Shown one piece after another: positions 47,801 through 58,748 of a DNA stretch of 64,000 bases (positions within the stretch are counted from its first letter, which is position 1; the number at the start of each line of letters is the position of its first letter). Under the pieces are notes generated by a model, which made no database searches, had not been told where the DNA came from, and worked only from the letters and a program-made list of their open reading frames with translations. Origin of the DNA: Iphione sp. A-MEVVRFRX5 (lineage: Eukaryota); the NCBI GenBank assembly GCA_976226885.1, contig OZ320315.1, positions 68,324,001 to 68,388,000 of the forward strand, given 5' to 3'. Made by a program: the position numbers and the translations under genes.

Positions 47801-50800
47801 CCGAGGCTGACACACCAGCAGACTCCACAGACGTTGAAAGGACCCAGGATTCCCAGGACGAGGGCCAACAACCAACTTTACCAGAGCATGAAAATCAGGT
47901 GAACAACGTGGATGTAGGTGTCGATCATGCATCAGCTTCTAAGAAAGAAGCAACAGATACTGCGGGGATTGAGGCAGCAGCAGGCAGTGAACAGCCTTTA
48001 GAGGCCAATAAACCAGCAAAATCACAGGGCAAGGCTGCTGACTTGCAGGATGCAAAAATGGAGGATGTAGAGGCTACAAACATAACCGATGCAAGTCAAG
48101 GAGCGGGCGGCGATAGCGAAGAAGCTGTGATTTCTGACGGCACCCAGGGTCAACCAGGCGATGCCTCGTCAGGTCCCAATGCTGGAGAGGATGATAACCG
48201 AACCCGTGACTTAGCAATAGCTGTAGGTGCTGGTGCAGCTGCTGGCGCAATGGGAACCGCCGCCGCCGCAGCAGCTTTGAGTAAAGACGGGAAGAAAAAG
48301 AAGGATTCAAGCAAAGGTACGTCTGTAGAAGAAGCTCCCTCCGCAGGTGACAAAGACAAGTCAAACGCCGATGGCCGGGCGACTACAAGGGATGTGATGG
48401 AGCCAGACTCGGGAGACAGTTCCCTCAAGGCACCAGGGAGACAAGAACCGAGTGCTGCGGATCTTGGTGCTGATCCAAACCTCGCAGTCAACTCTGCAGC
48501 TCTAGCGGCGGCGGGGGCTCCTGGAGCAGATGTCGCCAAAGATGGCCCTGCCAAAGCATCCGAGGGTCAGACACCTGAGCTGGCTGATTCAAGCCAACGT
48601 AAAGACCCAAAAAATGACACCGCGACGGAAGGGAAAGCAGCTGCTTCTAAAGACAGTAAAGTAGACGGTGCCAAAGATGCAGATGGAGAAGGAACCAGTA
48701 GGAAGACGCCTGCTAAGAAGGCCGAATCTAAAGCCAAGAAAGAGCCCACGTTAATTGAGATGGCCGCAATGCAAAAGAAGAAACCTGCTGGGGTTGAACC
48801 GCAGAAAGAGACTAAAACTAAGACTAAAAAGAAGAAACCCGAACGACCAATAATCCCTATGGGGCAAATTCCCATGCCATCGTCTCTCAGTGAGACAACC
48901 AACATCACTGACAAAGATACTAAGAAGACGGACAAAGCGGCCAAAAGTGAGCGGAATTCGCGAGCCGAGGATGGGAGGGCCCAGGCGGCCCAGGCGCTCG
49001 CCAAGAGAAGGAAGAAGATGAAGGATCCGATTGTCGACTCGGACGATGAGTTACAACCACTTGTTAAACCACTCGGCAAGAAGAAGACCGAGGAGCTCAT
49101 GCGTGCTCAGGACGAGGAGGACGTGGCCAATATTGTGCTGCCTCCCTCGACCGGAGATCGACGGGGCAAGAAGCCATCCTTGCAGGATCGCGTCGACAAG
49201 ATCCTACTCAGCCCTGCCCAGCAGCGTGAGAAGCAGCGGCGGCAGAAAGGCCGCAATAGCCAGCTGGATGACACCGATACAGAGGACAGGGCCACTAGGG
49301 AAACATCGCGCGACCGTCGAGTGCCCAGAAACCGATTACGTCTGACTGACGACGCTATGGAGTATGACGCACGCGCTAAAGTTGACACTTGGAACCGGCA
49401 GTCTCGACGGAGAGGATGGGATTCGAATGATGAGCAGGACATGCTCAGGATATCAGGCATTGGCAAGTCTGATTCTGGACCTCCTACGAATCGATCCGAC
49501 GCCGGAACACGCGGTCCGACACCGGCCGGACCACCTGAACGGTGGGCTGAGAAAGCCCCCAAGAAGCGGAGAGAGAAGCCCAAAGTCGTGCCAGACATCG
49601 ACCCCCGGCCTTTAACAATGGCCTCGGGTAACCCGCGGCAGGAGATAGCTGCCGCTGCGTTGAAGAAAAACAAGAAGGCAAAGGAAGCACGACCTAAGTC
49701 GGTGATGGATACGTCGAGACGAGAGCCAGGAGAGGCGGACGAGGAATGGGAGGACAACAGACCCATCAAGCGCAAGCGTGAGTTACCGCGCATCGAACGG
49801 CGCACGCTCAAGAACGAGATCCAGGAGCTCGTGCGAATTTTTGAGGCGAAGACCACAGCGTTAACGGGCATTAACAAGTCGCGCAAGTTGACCCTTTATC
49901 ACAGTTATCGCGGGGGCATGGCAGAGAAGAAACTCGTCGACCACTTAAAACTGGATTACAACACACAACAACGAGTGAAAACACGAGGAGACTTCGACAA
50001 CGTACAGGACTGGGAGCGATATTTGGCAGGTGCGTTATGTTTGGAGAAACATACTTCTTTTCCTCTTTTAATTTTTCATCTATCCCGATTTTAATACGTG
50101 TATTTCCAATCGAGTAATGCTTGCATCATGCTCATGTAAATAAAATTCTTGTATAGGCCTACGTTCAGCATGTCGCATATCAACATGTACGTCAGTCTTA
50201 TATTACTTGTGTTTGGGTAAGAAACTGGTAATAATGTCTTTCCTACTGTTGCAGAGATCGTCGCGCAGGCTGAAGCCGATGAGCGAGCATTGCGGACCGG
50301 CAGACAGGTAAAGAGATTCATATTGTCAGCATAAATCCAGGGGCACTTGATAAAATCACACTGACGAAGAGAGGAACCGTCTTTACACTTTTACCACAAA
50401 GTCAAGTTTTTGTCTTTTTCATAATGTTTGATGATATTTCATAGATTTGAGTTTTGTGTCTGTCACAGAGTAGTATATAGAGTTGTAGATTTTAAAGACT
50501 GATTTCATTTTTATACTTCCTACAATTTTGTGTCACCAAGTAATTCAGATGTAAGGCAGCTAGCTGACAGGCTGAATGAACCGGAATTTGCGTATTAAAA
50601 GTAGCAAGACACACAAGCTGGTTAGCCTTATAATCAAGTCAAGAGTTACAGTTGTGAAGGATGTTGTCAAGTTGCAGACCATGGCTGAACCGTCAGCCCC
50701 GCCGCATTCCCAGGACGGGAGCCTGAACGTATCTGCTGACTGGTACACCCACGGCTGCACACAGCCCAACCTAGGAGCCATCTGGCGGCGCTATAAGGCG

Positions 50801-53800
50801 GCCATGGTATTATCGTCAAGATCCTAAGTAGAGGCCTCCTCGTAGCTGTCGCTTTTATCTTAAAGCTTACCTTAACTAGTATGTGGTAGCATAACTGTCG
50901 CCCTGTCTCTTCAAGGGACCTCTGGGTCGTAATGCTTGCTTACTGGTTGCGGGGAAATCTGCTGTTCAAATTTAACCCTGTTTGGGCCTAGAAGGTTTTT
51001 CAGGGAAGACTCATTTCAACGTATTCATCTGATGTTGTCCCTGTAAGAAGTAAGACTGTCCTCTTCGGTCGGCACCGTTTCAATATTCCTTTTACTCATC
51101 CTGCTGTACGACCACTAGTTAAGCTGTATCTTTTAGATTATCTGTCTTAAAGCTTCTGCAACTATGAGAATATTTTAGTAAAATTAGTGTAATTGTGCAA
51201 GTATCTGCCATGCATGCCATTTGAAGAACCCTGTTCGGTTTTCGGTGCTTTTTCCAGAATGCAGACAAATGCACATTCGTGTAGTTTATTATACAATTTT
51301 ATAACTTTGGCAGACGAAGCCGACTCATCTTACCACTGGAATTTTTCCATGGATGTAGTATGAAAAAAAGGGATTCTCATCATAAAAATATCATTTATTT
51401 TTATGGTGTGATGCCAGAACAGTCCCTTGTTTATAATGAATCTTGGGTTCAAATCCTAGAATTGCCTTCGTTCCATCTTGTGCATATCTGTGAGGGTATT
51501 GTGCAGAAAGAGTGCTTTGTCACTCTATCGATGAAGAATTATTTTCCATTATGGACTAGTTTACATAAAAGACCAACGTTTGGCGTTATCTTCGATATCC
51601 CAGAGCAAGTGAGGAAACATCGGAGTTGCATAAGTCACACCTGTTAATTTCCAGATGTTAGGCTTAAGTTAAGGTATATGCATGAGTAGGTATTTACTGA
51701 ATTGCATGGGCTTTGCTTTCCTGCATGTTAAGGTTTTGGTCGATGTGCTGAAAGGTTCTTCTTGGAGCTTTTATTGGCATGCTTGTAGCTGATAGCAAAA
51801 TCAATGCATGCTCTGTGAGTAAATAGTTAATAATCCAAAGACAGCCCTCCGAACTGGACTGCCTCACCATTTAACCATGACACCAGTTCTAACCCTTGGA
51901 CACATGTGTACTGATAACCTATCCTAACCTATCGCCGACCAAATAAATTACCTTTCAGCTGAATATGTCAGCATGGACAATTCCTGGTAGCAGTTAGGTT
52001 GGTAAAACTGCCCAGTCTTCCCAACATCCGATGAATTATTACTTATGTATATCCAGTTTTTTGCATTTGAGAAACGTTTGAGTACAACTATTTATAATTA
52101 TACACATTTTTAACGTCTTTCAAAGAGCCTGTTGTGTAGCTTGATTACATCTCAATTTGTGGGGCCCTTGACCTGTCCAGTTGTTTAAGAACTATCACAT
52201 ACAGGCGATTGGTAAATCTTGAACCTGCCCATACGATCTTAGACTATTAGCATTTTGCAGGTGTTGGTTCTAACAACTTCTCCTCGGTTGTAATGATAAA
52301 AAGAACAGTTTAATCATGCAGTAAGTGTATAATGTATAAACATAGATTAAATGATAACTTATTTTGATATTTGGCCTTTCCCAACAAGGGGACAAATATA
52401 TATGTGGGACAAGAATGATATGGTCAATTTACGAAGGAAGCTCTCTCTATATATAATTTTCCATGAACTAGACTGATTGCTTTCCTTCAGTCACACACTC
52501 TAAACTACCTGTTTTCATCACAGGAGGATCCCGACAGACGAGGTAAGTGGGATGAAGACAGTCTCGATTCTACCCCTCGATTCAACCCATTACAAAGTCG
52601 AGAGAGCCTGAATTCATTCTGGACACAATCGACCCGGCGCGAGAAGGGGGCGACCAAACTGGGACCGGTTCGGGACGGTCGCCGTCACCGCGAGGTGGAG
52701 CGGCACGGCAAGCTCACGTCCGCCTACGGCCCAGTGCTGCCACCTGAACTGGCGCGGCTGACAGCAGAGAGATCGTCGACCAGCATCACGGCGGCGTCCA
52801 AGTCGCCAGGTAGCCTGACTGCCAGCCTGTAGCCGAGTGTAGAACAGCGTGGACTTCATACTCACCTGGTGTGGTGTGACCACAGTAGCCATGCCGTGGG
52901 GCATGGGTTCCTTTTATTAACATGCCTTTTGTTTCTGTTCCTCGTAATCTGATTCTTTCTACCTGTGTAAGTCTTATAGGCCTACCTTTCACTGCTGTGA
53001 TTTCATATGATATTTCGTCTGAACACATTTGTATCTTTGCAAATGGTATAAATGATCATACTAGGGAGTATAAAGATCAGGTGATTCTTCTACGAGTAGA
53101 AAAAGTATATTTTAATCTAGACCTTTATAACCAATGTAGTGTTGTTTTCTTAGCTTCCTTTAATTTCTCTGCCTATGTATTTTCCTACTTTGTATCCGTT
53201 TTTACATACATGTAAAACCAAACTAGTATTTATGTGTTCATGAAACTACTAAAGTCGTGAATTGTTTCCAAAATAGAATATCTTCCAATATCCCTCGAGA
53301 TACATTCACACGTATACTCTATAGTTTTACGTTTGCCTTTTTACACTATTGCATTGTTATAAGCGTTATGCTATTAGTATTTATTGTGACTAACATATCT
53401 CATCTAAGAATAGTAATTCAGCCATTCTCAGATGTCCCATGCGAAGGTAAATGTGCATCAAATATTACCATAGATGTAATACGACTATTGGTTTTATATA
53501 TACAAGACCTAATTGTAATGGTACATCTTCCTTTTAAATATCTAAACGAATATGGTTGTAACTTGTGAATTTATTTCGATTGTCGAGTAGTTTGAAGAGC
53601 GCATCATTCAGTTACCTTTATATTGAAGTATCACTATCATAATACGTGTATTCTGTGTCGGGGAGAGTTGGTGTCCATCTATTTTATATATCGCATTGAA
53701 ATATATCCCCGAACATTTGTTACAGTTCGGAAAAGAGTACTTCTCGGAGGTGACCGTTTGCATATTTATTCTCTTTGTATACATGTACACGTTTCCTGCC

Positions 53801-56800
53801 TTCCTTTGAAAACCTGAAGAAAGAGATCTTTCTCCTAAATTAGTTAATATTAGCTCTTCCAAATTCCTTTCTACTGAAATGTTGCTGGTCCATTGAATTA
53901 TAACTCCTTCGAGTTTCTCTGTTTGGAGGCCGTTCCGTTACCGATTGCATTGATTATATTTCCTTCCTTATACTCATCTGATGGATTGTCAGTGATTTTC
54001 TAATCAACCATTAATGGCGGGGAGCCAGCTGTACCACTTTAAAGGGCGGACCAATAGAGTGGCTTGAATTACCCCTATCTGATGACGAATAATGAAAAGA
54101 AAGAACAAAATGACGCATCCGCCCCCCTGCATTCTCTTATATTTAAACTACACAATAGAAAAGATAAAAGGCCAGATGTGTATAGATTTGTTACTGTTTG
54201 ATGCATCTTTCCTTGCCTATCGTCCTAAATACATACGTACCCGTTTATCATTAGAACAAATATCAATAGAGTGTATAGAACGTACATATCGGATATAAAA
54301 TAGAAAGTCTATGTACAATACCTACTGGCTCCAAACTTTCAACGTATAAAATTGCAGGCAGGAGTGGTTTTGCTAAGTCTGCCACCCTTAAAGCCCTTCT
54401 GGGACGGGTAAAAGGTATGGAAAATGGATAATTTCAATTAACAGATTTTAGGAGATATGAAGCATGAGCTTATGTAAGTCGTAACGGTTTGCAGGTTCAT
54501 GGATGGTCTGTTCCCCCTCGTGATTCATTATCACGCTGTAATATACTTTTCAAGTGATGGACCTCATGTACGATGATTTTGAACGAGGAGGATGTAACAA
54601 AGCACTATAGTTGGAAGTTATGATTGTTTCTGTTCTCTTGAATCATATGCGAAATATATATGTACAGAGCATTTCTAATTCAGGTATACATATTTGAATA
54701 GTTAAACGTACTAACTAACTATTAATAGCCTTTAGTAGGCAGTCAACATCAGCTTGAAGAACGTTACTAACAGGATCACTTCTTCGAAACTAACCACCTT
54801 ATAAAGTGGAATGCAGTGTCTGTATTGAGTCTTTTCTTACAAAGGAGGTTTTAAATGAGATATATGTGTATATCATCTCTTTATTAAAGTATTGCTTTTT
54901 ATAAGATAAATTTTTGTAAGATGAAATCCATACAATATTATTGCTAAAGTCCATGTACACTAAGGTGGAGACTGATCACACATCCGGTCGCACTGAGCAC
55001 CTTGATCATGGGATAACGACGTTCTCTCTCGTGTTGTTCACGTACTTACACCTAATGGACAAAGACTCGAGTATAAAGCTGTGCCGAGATGTGTATACCC
55101 AAGTTTTACTGTGTGATAACTTCCTTGTAGGTAAGCAGAAGCTGGACCTTTCCTGGCGGCGTGACATGGACAGCAGTGTGACCCCTAGCGGTACCCTGCC
55201 GTACCTGGACTCTGACCACTCGCTACAGTACACCAGCCGCAAGTCCAAGTCCTACTCGGAGAACACGCCGACAGGCAAAGCCGCCCAGAAGCCTGCCTAC
55301 AACGTCTCCAGGCCGAATCGCCAACACACGCTCCGACTCGGTAAGTGTCACCTTGGAGGGAGTTGTCTTCTTTACAGCACTAATGCTACACTGCTATTTG
55401 TTGACGTTGCTTTTGATCAGAGCTGGTGTAACAGGGGGACGGCAAGAGAACACACATAACGGCTTCATCGTTTTGTCAAAGGCAGCCGGAAGGAGTCGCC
55501 GTCCCTGGAGGGTAATATAGCCCATGAAGAAGAAGGCTATGATAATGCTTGCTAACGTATACTTGAAACAACTGTGGTCATATTTACATTTTCACACCTT
55601 CCCTCGGCAAGCTTTAGCACTGTACACATGTCTCGAAGTAAGTCATTCGGTCACAAGATATGCCCCTTAGTATGCTGTCTACTCGAAGCAAGACAATTAG
55701 ACCTGTACATTGGTCTTGCGCATACTATTTAGATGTAATCAAGAACGTACTCAATACAACAATCCCGAACAAGAAACAAAGCAGTGAATAATGACAATGC
55801 AGATATCTGAACATACTACATACGCAATTAGTCATAGTTCTTAGTTACAAGTAAACATAGTCTTAATTGCTAAACCTAAGTGATTTTCGTCTTCACCTAG
55901 ATGTCATGACAGGTAACTTTAACCCGATGAGAGGTGATGGGTGTTTCACTGTGTATAGAATAAGGAGAGTGCTGCTTTGATGTACTTGCCTTTGGGAGAC
56001 AGAGACTCTTTTTCTCGTGTAGAATTCACTGTTTTAAATAGCGAGTTTCCCGTCAAGCTTTCTCTTTTCCTAAATGCTCTCAACATTTCAAATCAATATA
56101 TTTGTACATGCATTATTATTTCTAAATTTAAATCTAGGTGAAGGTATCTGGGAGGTATGTTTTTGAAAACTGCCAGTTTATGATGAACAGAGACGGCATC
56201 CATTTATTAACCTTTTGGACAAAGTATCGTTAAATTGTCGACACTTATATATGCATGATTTTTATTACCCGTGGTATTATCAATGCCTATCGGTTTATGT
56301 ATTATTTGTACTTCATGTGTCTTTTTCCGTATACGTTCAGGGCAATCTAATCACGCTCTCTGTGTAACTGGCTGTTATGCTTGAACGTATCCCTGTTGAT
56401 GGGGTCTTGGCATTTCAAGCACCGGCGTGGCGCTTTGTGGAACGACCAGGAAACCACGCCTCTCTAGAAAGAATATGTCCCCAAGCTGACTAGGCAAAAT
56501 GTTACTTCTTTGACGGAAAAAGCCAATATTAAGCGTAGAGCGTATGTTAACTTGAAAGCCTCGACTTGACCGGCGGCTTCGGCCACGGGGTGCAGAGCCG
56601 TTAACCCGGGCTCACAGTTCTGAAAATACGCAGTTGTTCGAATTTTGTCGCCACTCCACGGCTGAGTGCAGTCGGTCCTGCTCCACAAGCATTGCTCCAG
56701 GTTTGTACAGTTTTCAGTGCTTCCTGAGCTCGTCTGGTGGTCGTGGTGCCCCCTTCATTGCTGTTCTGCCCCTATCTGCAACTGCTGCCTTTCTATCTGG

Positions 56801-58748
56801 TTAAAACCGGCGTAAACTGGAAGACGTTGGTGCTGCTTGTAAGACTCGTCAGGGGGGTTAACAAGGTCCTAGGAGGTAGTGCCATTGCATTATCATATCA
56901 GGATAAGACATCGTTACATTAAATCTTCTAGGGGGAAAGGATCTTGTTTGTTTTCTTGAGACATTGTCTTGAGTTTTTTTGAAAACTGTGGCCGTCTTAA
57001 AAGTATACGCCGGATTTAATCCCTTTCACACGTGTTGCCGCCCGTCGGCATATCCTTACACTGGAGCAATACTAGTCCATACTGGTAAAGCTGACACTCT
57101 TTGTTTCCTGAGTGATCGTAACGTCAGTTGAAAAAAATTGATAATGATTGGTTGTGACTGTCTGATCCTCAGTGAACGGAATAACGAGATAACGCTCTTC
57201 GGTTGATGTTGCTGTTGCACCGGCCTGCTGTGGGATAAACACGAAAACTGTACATACTTGGGGCCTCCTGCTTGTAAATGGCCTCCATCTTCTGCAGTTA
57301 CTAATCACTAATACGCCCTGGAGCTCTTCGATTAACTTCCCCATTTGAAGAATAAAGGCGTCATTAGTGTCCTCATGATTTTTCATGTAACAATATAACT
57401 TCAGTATTATAATGGCAGGTTACCCATCACTTAGATATGCACAGTCTCACACAACCATATAAATTATGATGAATATATTCATTTTACCGGCAGATGACAC
57501 ACACTCAATGTAACCAAGTAAGATTATTACAAAATACTCATGTTATCATCACACTTAAGCCGCATTTGTAAAGCATGCTTAGTACTTCATAGCATTTTGC
57601 CCTTTCTATATCATTAAAGGGACATCCCAGTCCTATAGGCATATTGATAAGGCCTCACAGAGTATATGTTTGTACATGTATATGCATATATAAGAACGTT
57701 TTCTGATACACGTTGATTGCCTTTTCAGCAGTGTTCATGCCTGCACACTGTTAGGGATAATTTTCACCTCTGATTTCGCAATTTGACCCAAGCAGTTTTA
57801 CTTCCATCTGATGTACTTTTTCAAACAACTTTTTCGGTTCTGTCTTATCTTTATTTTGTTCTTTTTTTCTACTTTATGTTAAGGGTTAGTTAAAAAAATT
57901 TTCTTCGATGCGTTAATAGGAAGGTTTAGTTTGACTAATAACTACAATACATAATAGTATATACCTTACCAGTTGTCTACAATCTGTATCTAAGTTTAAC
58001 GTAATAGGAATGTTTGCAAAGTTGTTGGTTCATTCAACATCTAGACGATATATATGAAGCTTAACTATGTACTGTTCATCAAACAACAACTTAAGTAAAC
58101 ACTCCAAATTAAACTACAAGGATCCCAAAGGAACCTTGGTGGTCGGCGACATGTCTTTGCAATCATCAATTGAGAATTAATGACACTTACATGAATTGGC
58201 ATGGTTGAACTGGATATATTGTTTTGGCCTTTTCAAAATCACTAATTTCACGGCGCAGGCAATAAGCAAACACGTCCGCACTTTTGTATTACTGACAGAA
58301 GCAGCTTCCTTGCTGATATTGCTTTGTCCTCATTCAAAATCTCTTTCATAACATAGGAAGTGGTTCGTTTTTAAAAGCATATCTAATTTAGAACACACCT
58401 GGACATATCATATTTGTGCAATGTTTGCAAGTCTGTAATACAATGCAGCATTCTTTTTCAACAATTTTACTCCCTGCTTTTGTGTAGCACCTACTCTAAT
58501 CAACAGCATACTTACATTTGCGTATCTAAGTATTGCCATTTTTTCATCTATGTGCAGAAAAACAACGGACGGATATCGACATTTCGAAGAACCCTCTTGC
58601 CACGGGCACGAGTAGCCGCCGCAAGTGGATCGACGGATTACGAGCAGAGGCCCTGAAGTCGATGGGCAAGCAGAAATCGTTTCCGGAGCGTCAGAAATCC
58701 ACCGTCAGCAACAAGTCTAAGAGTGGCAAGCGGAGAGTGGACACGTGA
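35706..58748 (+). CDS. Large ankyrin-repeat protein with a giant K/E-rich exon (gene span, isoform ending at TGA 58748; about 2,800 aa). Probably from the invertebrate family often auto-annotated inversin-like or ankycorbin-like; orthology not established
   Basis: Phase-consistent exons: 35706-35807, 36103-36358, 36788-37021, 37364-37634, 41576-41709, 42982-43142, 43573-50029, 50255-50307, (50678-50806), 52524-52809, 55131-55340, 58558-58748. All are GT-AG. 12 ankyrin repeats (D..G.T[AP]LH-type). Confidence 0.88.
35908..36011. repeat. Exact tandem duplication, 2 x 52 bp (intron 1)
   Basis: TCTATACTCAGATTGTG...AAATGATAC at 35908 and 35960. Confidence 0.95.
36103..36358 (+). CDS. Ankyrin exon (DNTGKTALHYC, DNEGYTALQL, DNEGHTPAHWAT)
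   Basis: CTTCTTGTTCAG acceptor, GTACGA donor, 256 nt, phase 0 to 1. Confidence 0.92.
36788..37021 (+). CDS. Ankyrin exon (VCGH..DVHGARPIHYAAQMCG..DNDKRSPLMWAASA)
   Basis: AG acceptor, GTAAAT donor, 234 nt, phase 1 to 1. Confidence 0.92.
37364..37634 (+). CDS. Ankyrin exon (DKDGLTALHCCA, DKNGCTPMFYSV, DSRGRT)
   Basis: TCTTTTACAG acceptor, GTAAGT donor, 271 nt, phase 1 to 2. Confidence 0.93.
39369..39544. mobile_element. 176-bp Tc1/mariner(pogo)-like MITE in an intron
   Basis: 25-bp TIRs CAGTCAAAACCCTTTTTAAGACCAC and (reverse complement) CAGTGGAAACCCTATTTGAGACCAC (4 mismatches). TA TSD at 39367-39368 and 39545-39546. Internal AGACCA(C/T) repeats. Confidence 0.85.
41576..41709 (+). CDS. Ankyrin exon (PAHCAAAKG..SNRGEYPIHEA)
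   Basis: TTTAG acceptor, GTACAT donor, 134 nt, phase 2 to 1. Confidence 0.92.
42982..43142 (+). CDS. Ankyrin exon (NNEGRTCLHIAALTNN)
   Basis: TTTTTTGACAG acceptor, GTGAGC donor, 161 nt, phase 1 to 0. Confidence 0.92.
43573..50029 (+). CDS. Giant 6,457-nt exon: last ankyrin repeat, about 2,000 aa of K/E/D-rich low-complexity sequence, and a C-terminal ordered-looking segment
   Basis: TTTCTTTTAG acceptor and an open frame continuous with ORF 43819-50094. Donor GTGCGT at 50030 (phase 1) joins exon 50255 in frame. Confidence 0.9.
45940..47043 (+). repeat. In-frame intra-exon duplication of 492 nt (164 aa): 45940-46431 versus 46432-47043; the second copy is expanded by 63-nt units
   Basis: KEEEGKVGADETKDTPKKKKK...QDDN(T/A)NVNAALAAGAVVAS...EQ(E/Q)DGK occurs twice, with a 492-nt offset measured on GTTGGAGCTGAT (45958 and 46450). 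Confidence 0.95.
46795..46983 (+). repeat. 3 x 63-nt coding tandem repeat (EQQDGKRKSKGKEKTDKDGLD)
   Basis: Units at 46795, 46858 and 46921 appear identical. Confidence 0.95.
50255..50307 (+). CDS. Exon EIVAQAEADERALRTGRQ
   Basis: CTGTTGCAG acceptor, GTAAAG donor, 53 nt, phase 1 to 0. Confidence 0.8.
50678..50806 (+). CDS. Candidate cassette exon TMAEPSAPPHSQDGSLNVSADWYTHGCTQPNLGAIWRRYKAAM
   Basis: GC-rich, 129 nt, phase 0-0, TTGCAG acceptor (weak pyrimidine tract), GTATTA donor. Confidence 0.5.
52524..52809 (+). CDS. Exon EDPDRRGKWDEDSLDSTPRFNPLQSRESLNSFW...AASKSP
   Basis: TTTTCATCACAG acceptor, GC-rich open frame, GTAGCC donor, 286 nt, phase 0 to 1. An alternative donor GTAAGT lies at 52543. 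Confidence 0.7.
55131..55340 (+). CDS. Exon GKQKLDLSWRRDMDSSVTPSGTLPYLD...NRQHTLRL
   Basis: TTCCTTGTAG acceptor, GTAAGT donor, 210 nt, phase 1-1. Confidence 0.8.
58558..58748 (+). CDS. Candidate terminal exon EKQRTDIDISKNPLATG...KSGKRRVDT*
   Basis: TTTTTTCATCTATGTGCAG acceptor; phase 1 fits donor 55340; stop TGA at 58746-58748. Confidence 0.7.

Noticed and set aside
43636-49886. Many long - strand and off-frame ORFs (F/S/L-rich, up to 259 aa) over the giant exon
   Set aside because: Shadows of the GAA/AAA/GAG-rich sense frame, which lacks antisense stops; no independent splice or domain evidence.
43819-50094. ORF-track 2,091-aa protein as a standalone single-exon gene
   Set aside because: Its 'M' is a GTG within a frame already open from acceptor 43573. 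The last 21 residues lie past donor 50030 and are probably intronic read-through.
56464-56688. - strand ORF containing GLTALHPVAEAAGQVEA, resembling an ankyrin repeat
   Set aside because: A single imperfect match with an insertion in the helix, no second repeat and no clear splice sites; probably chance.
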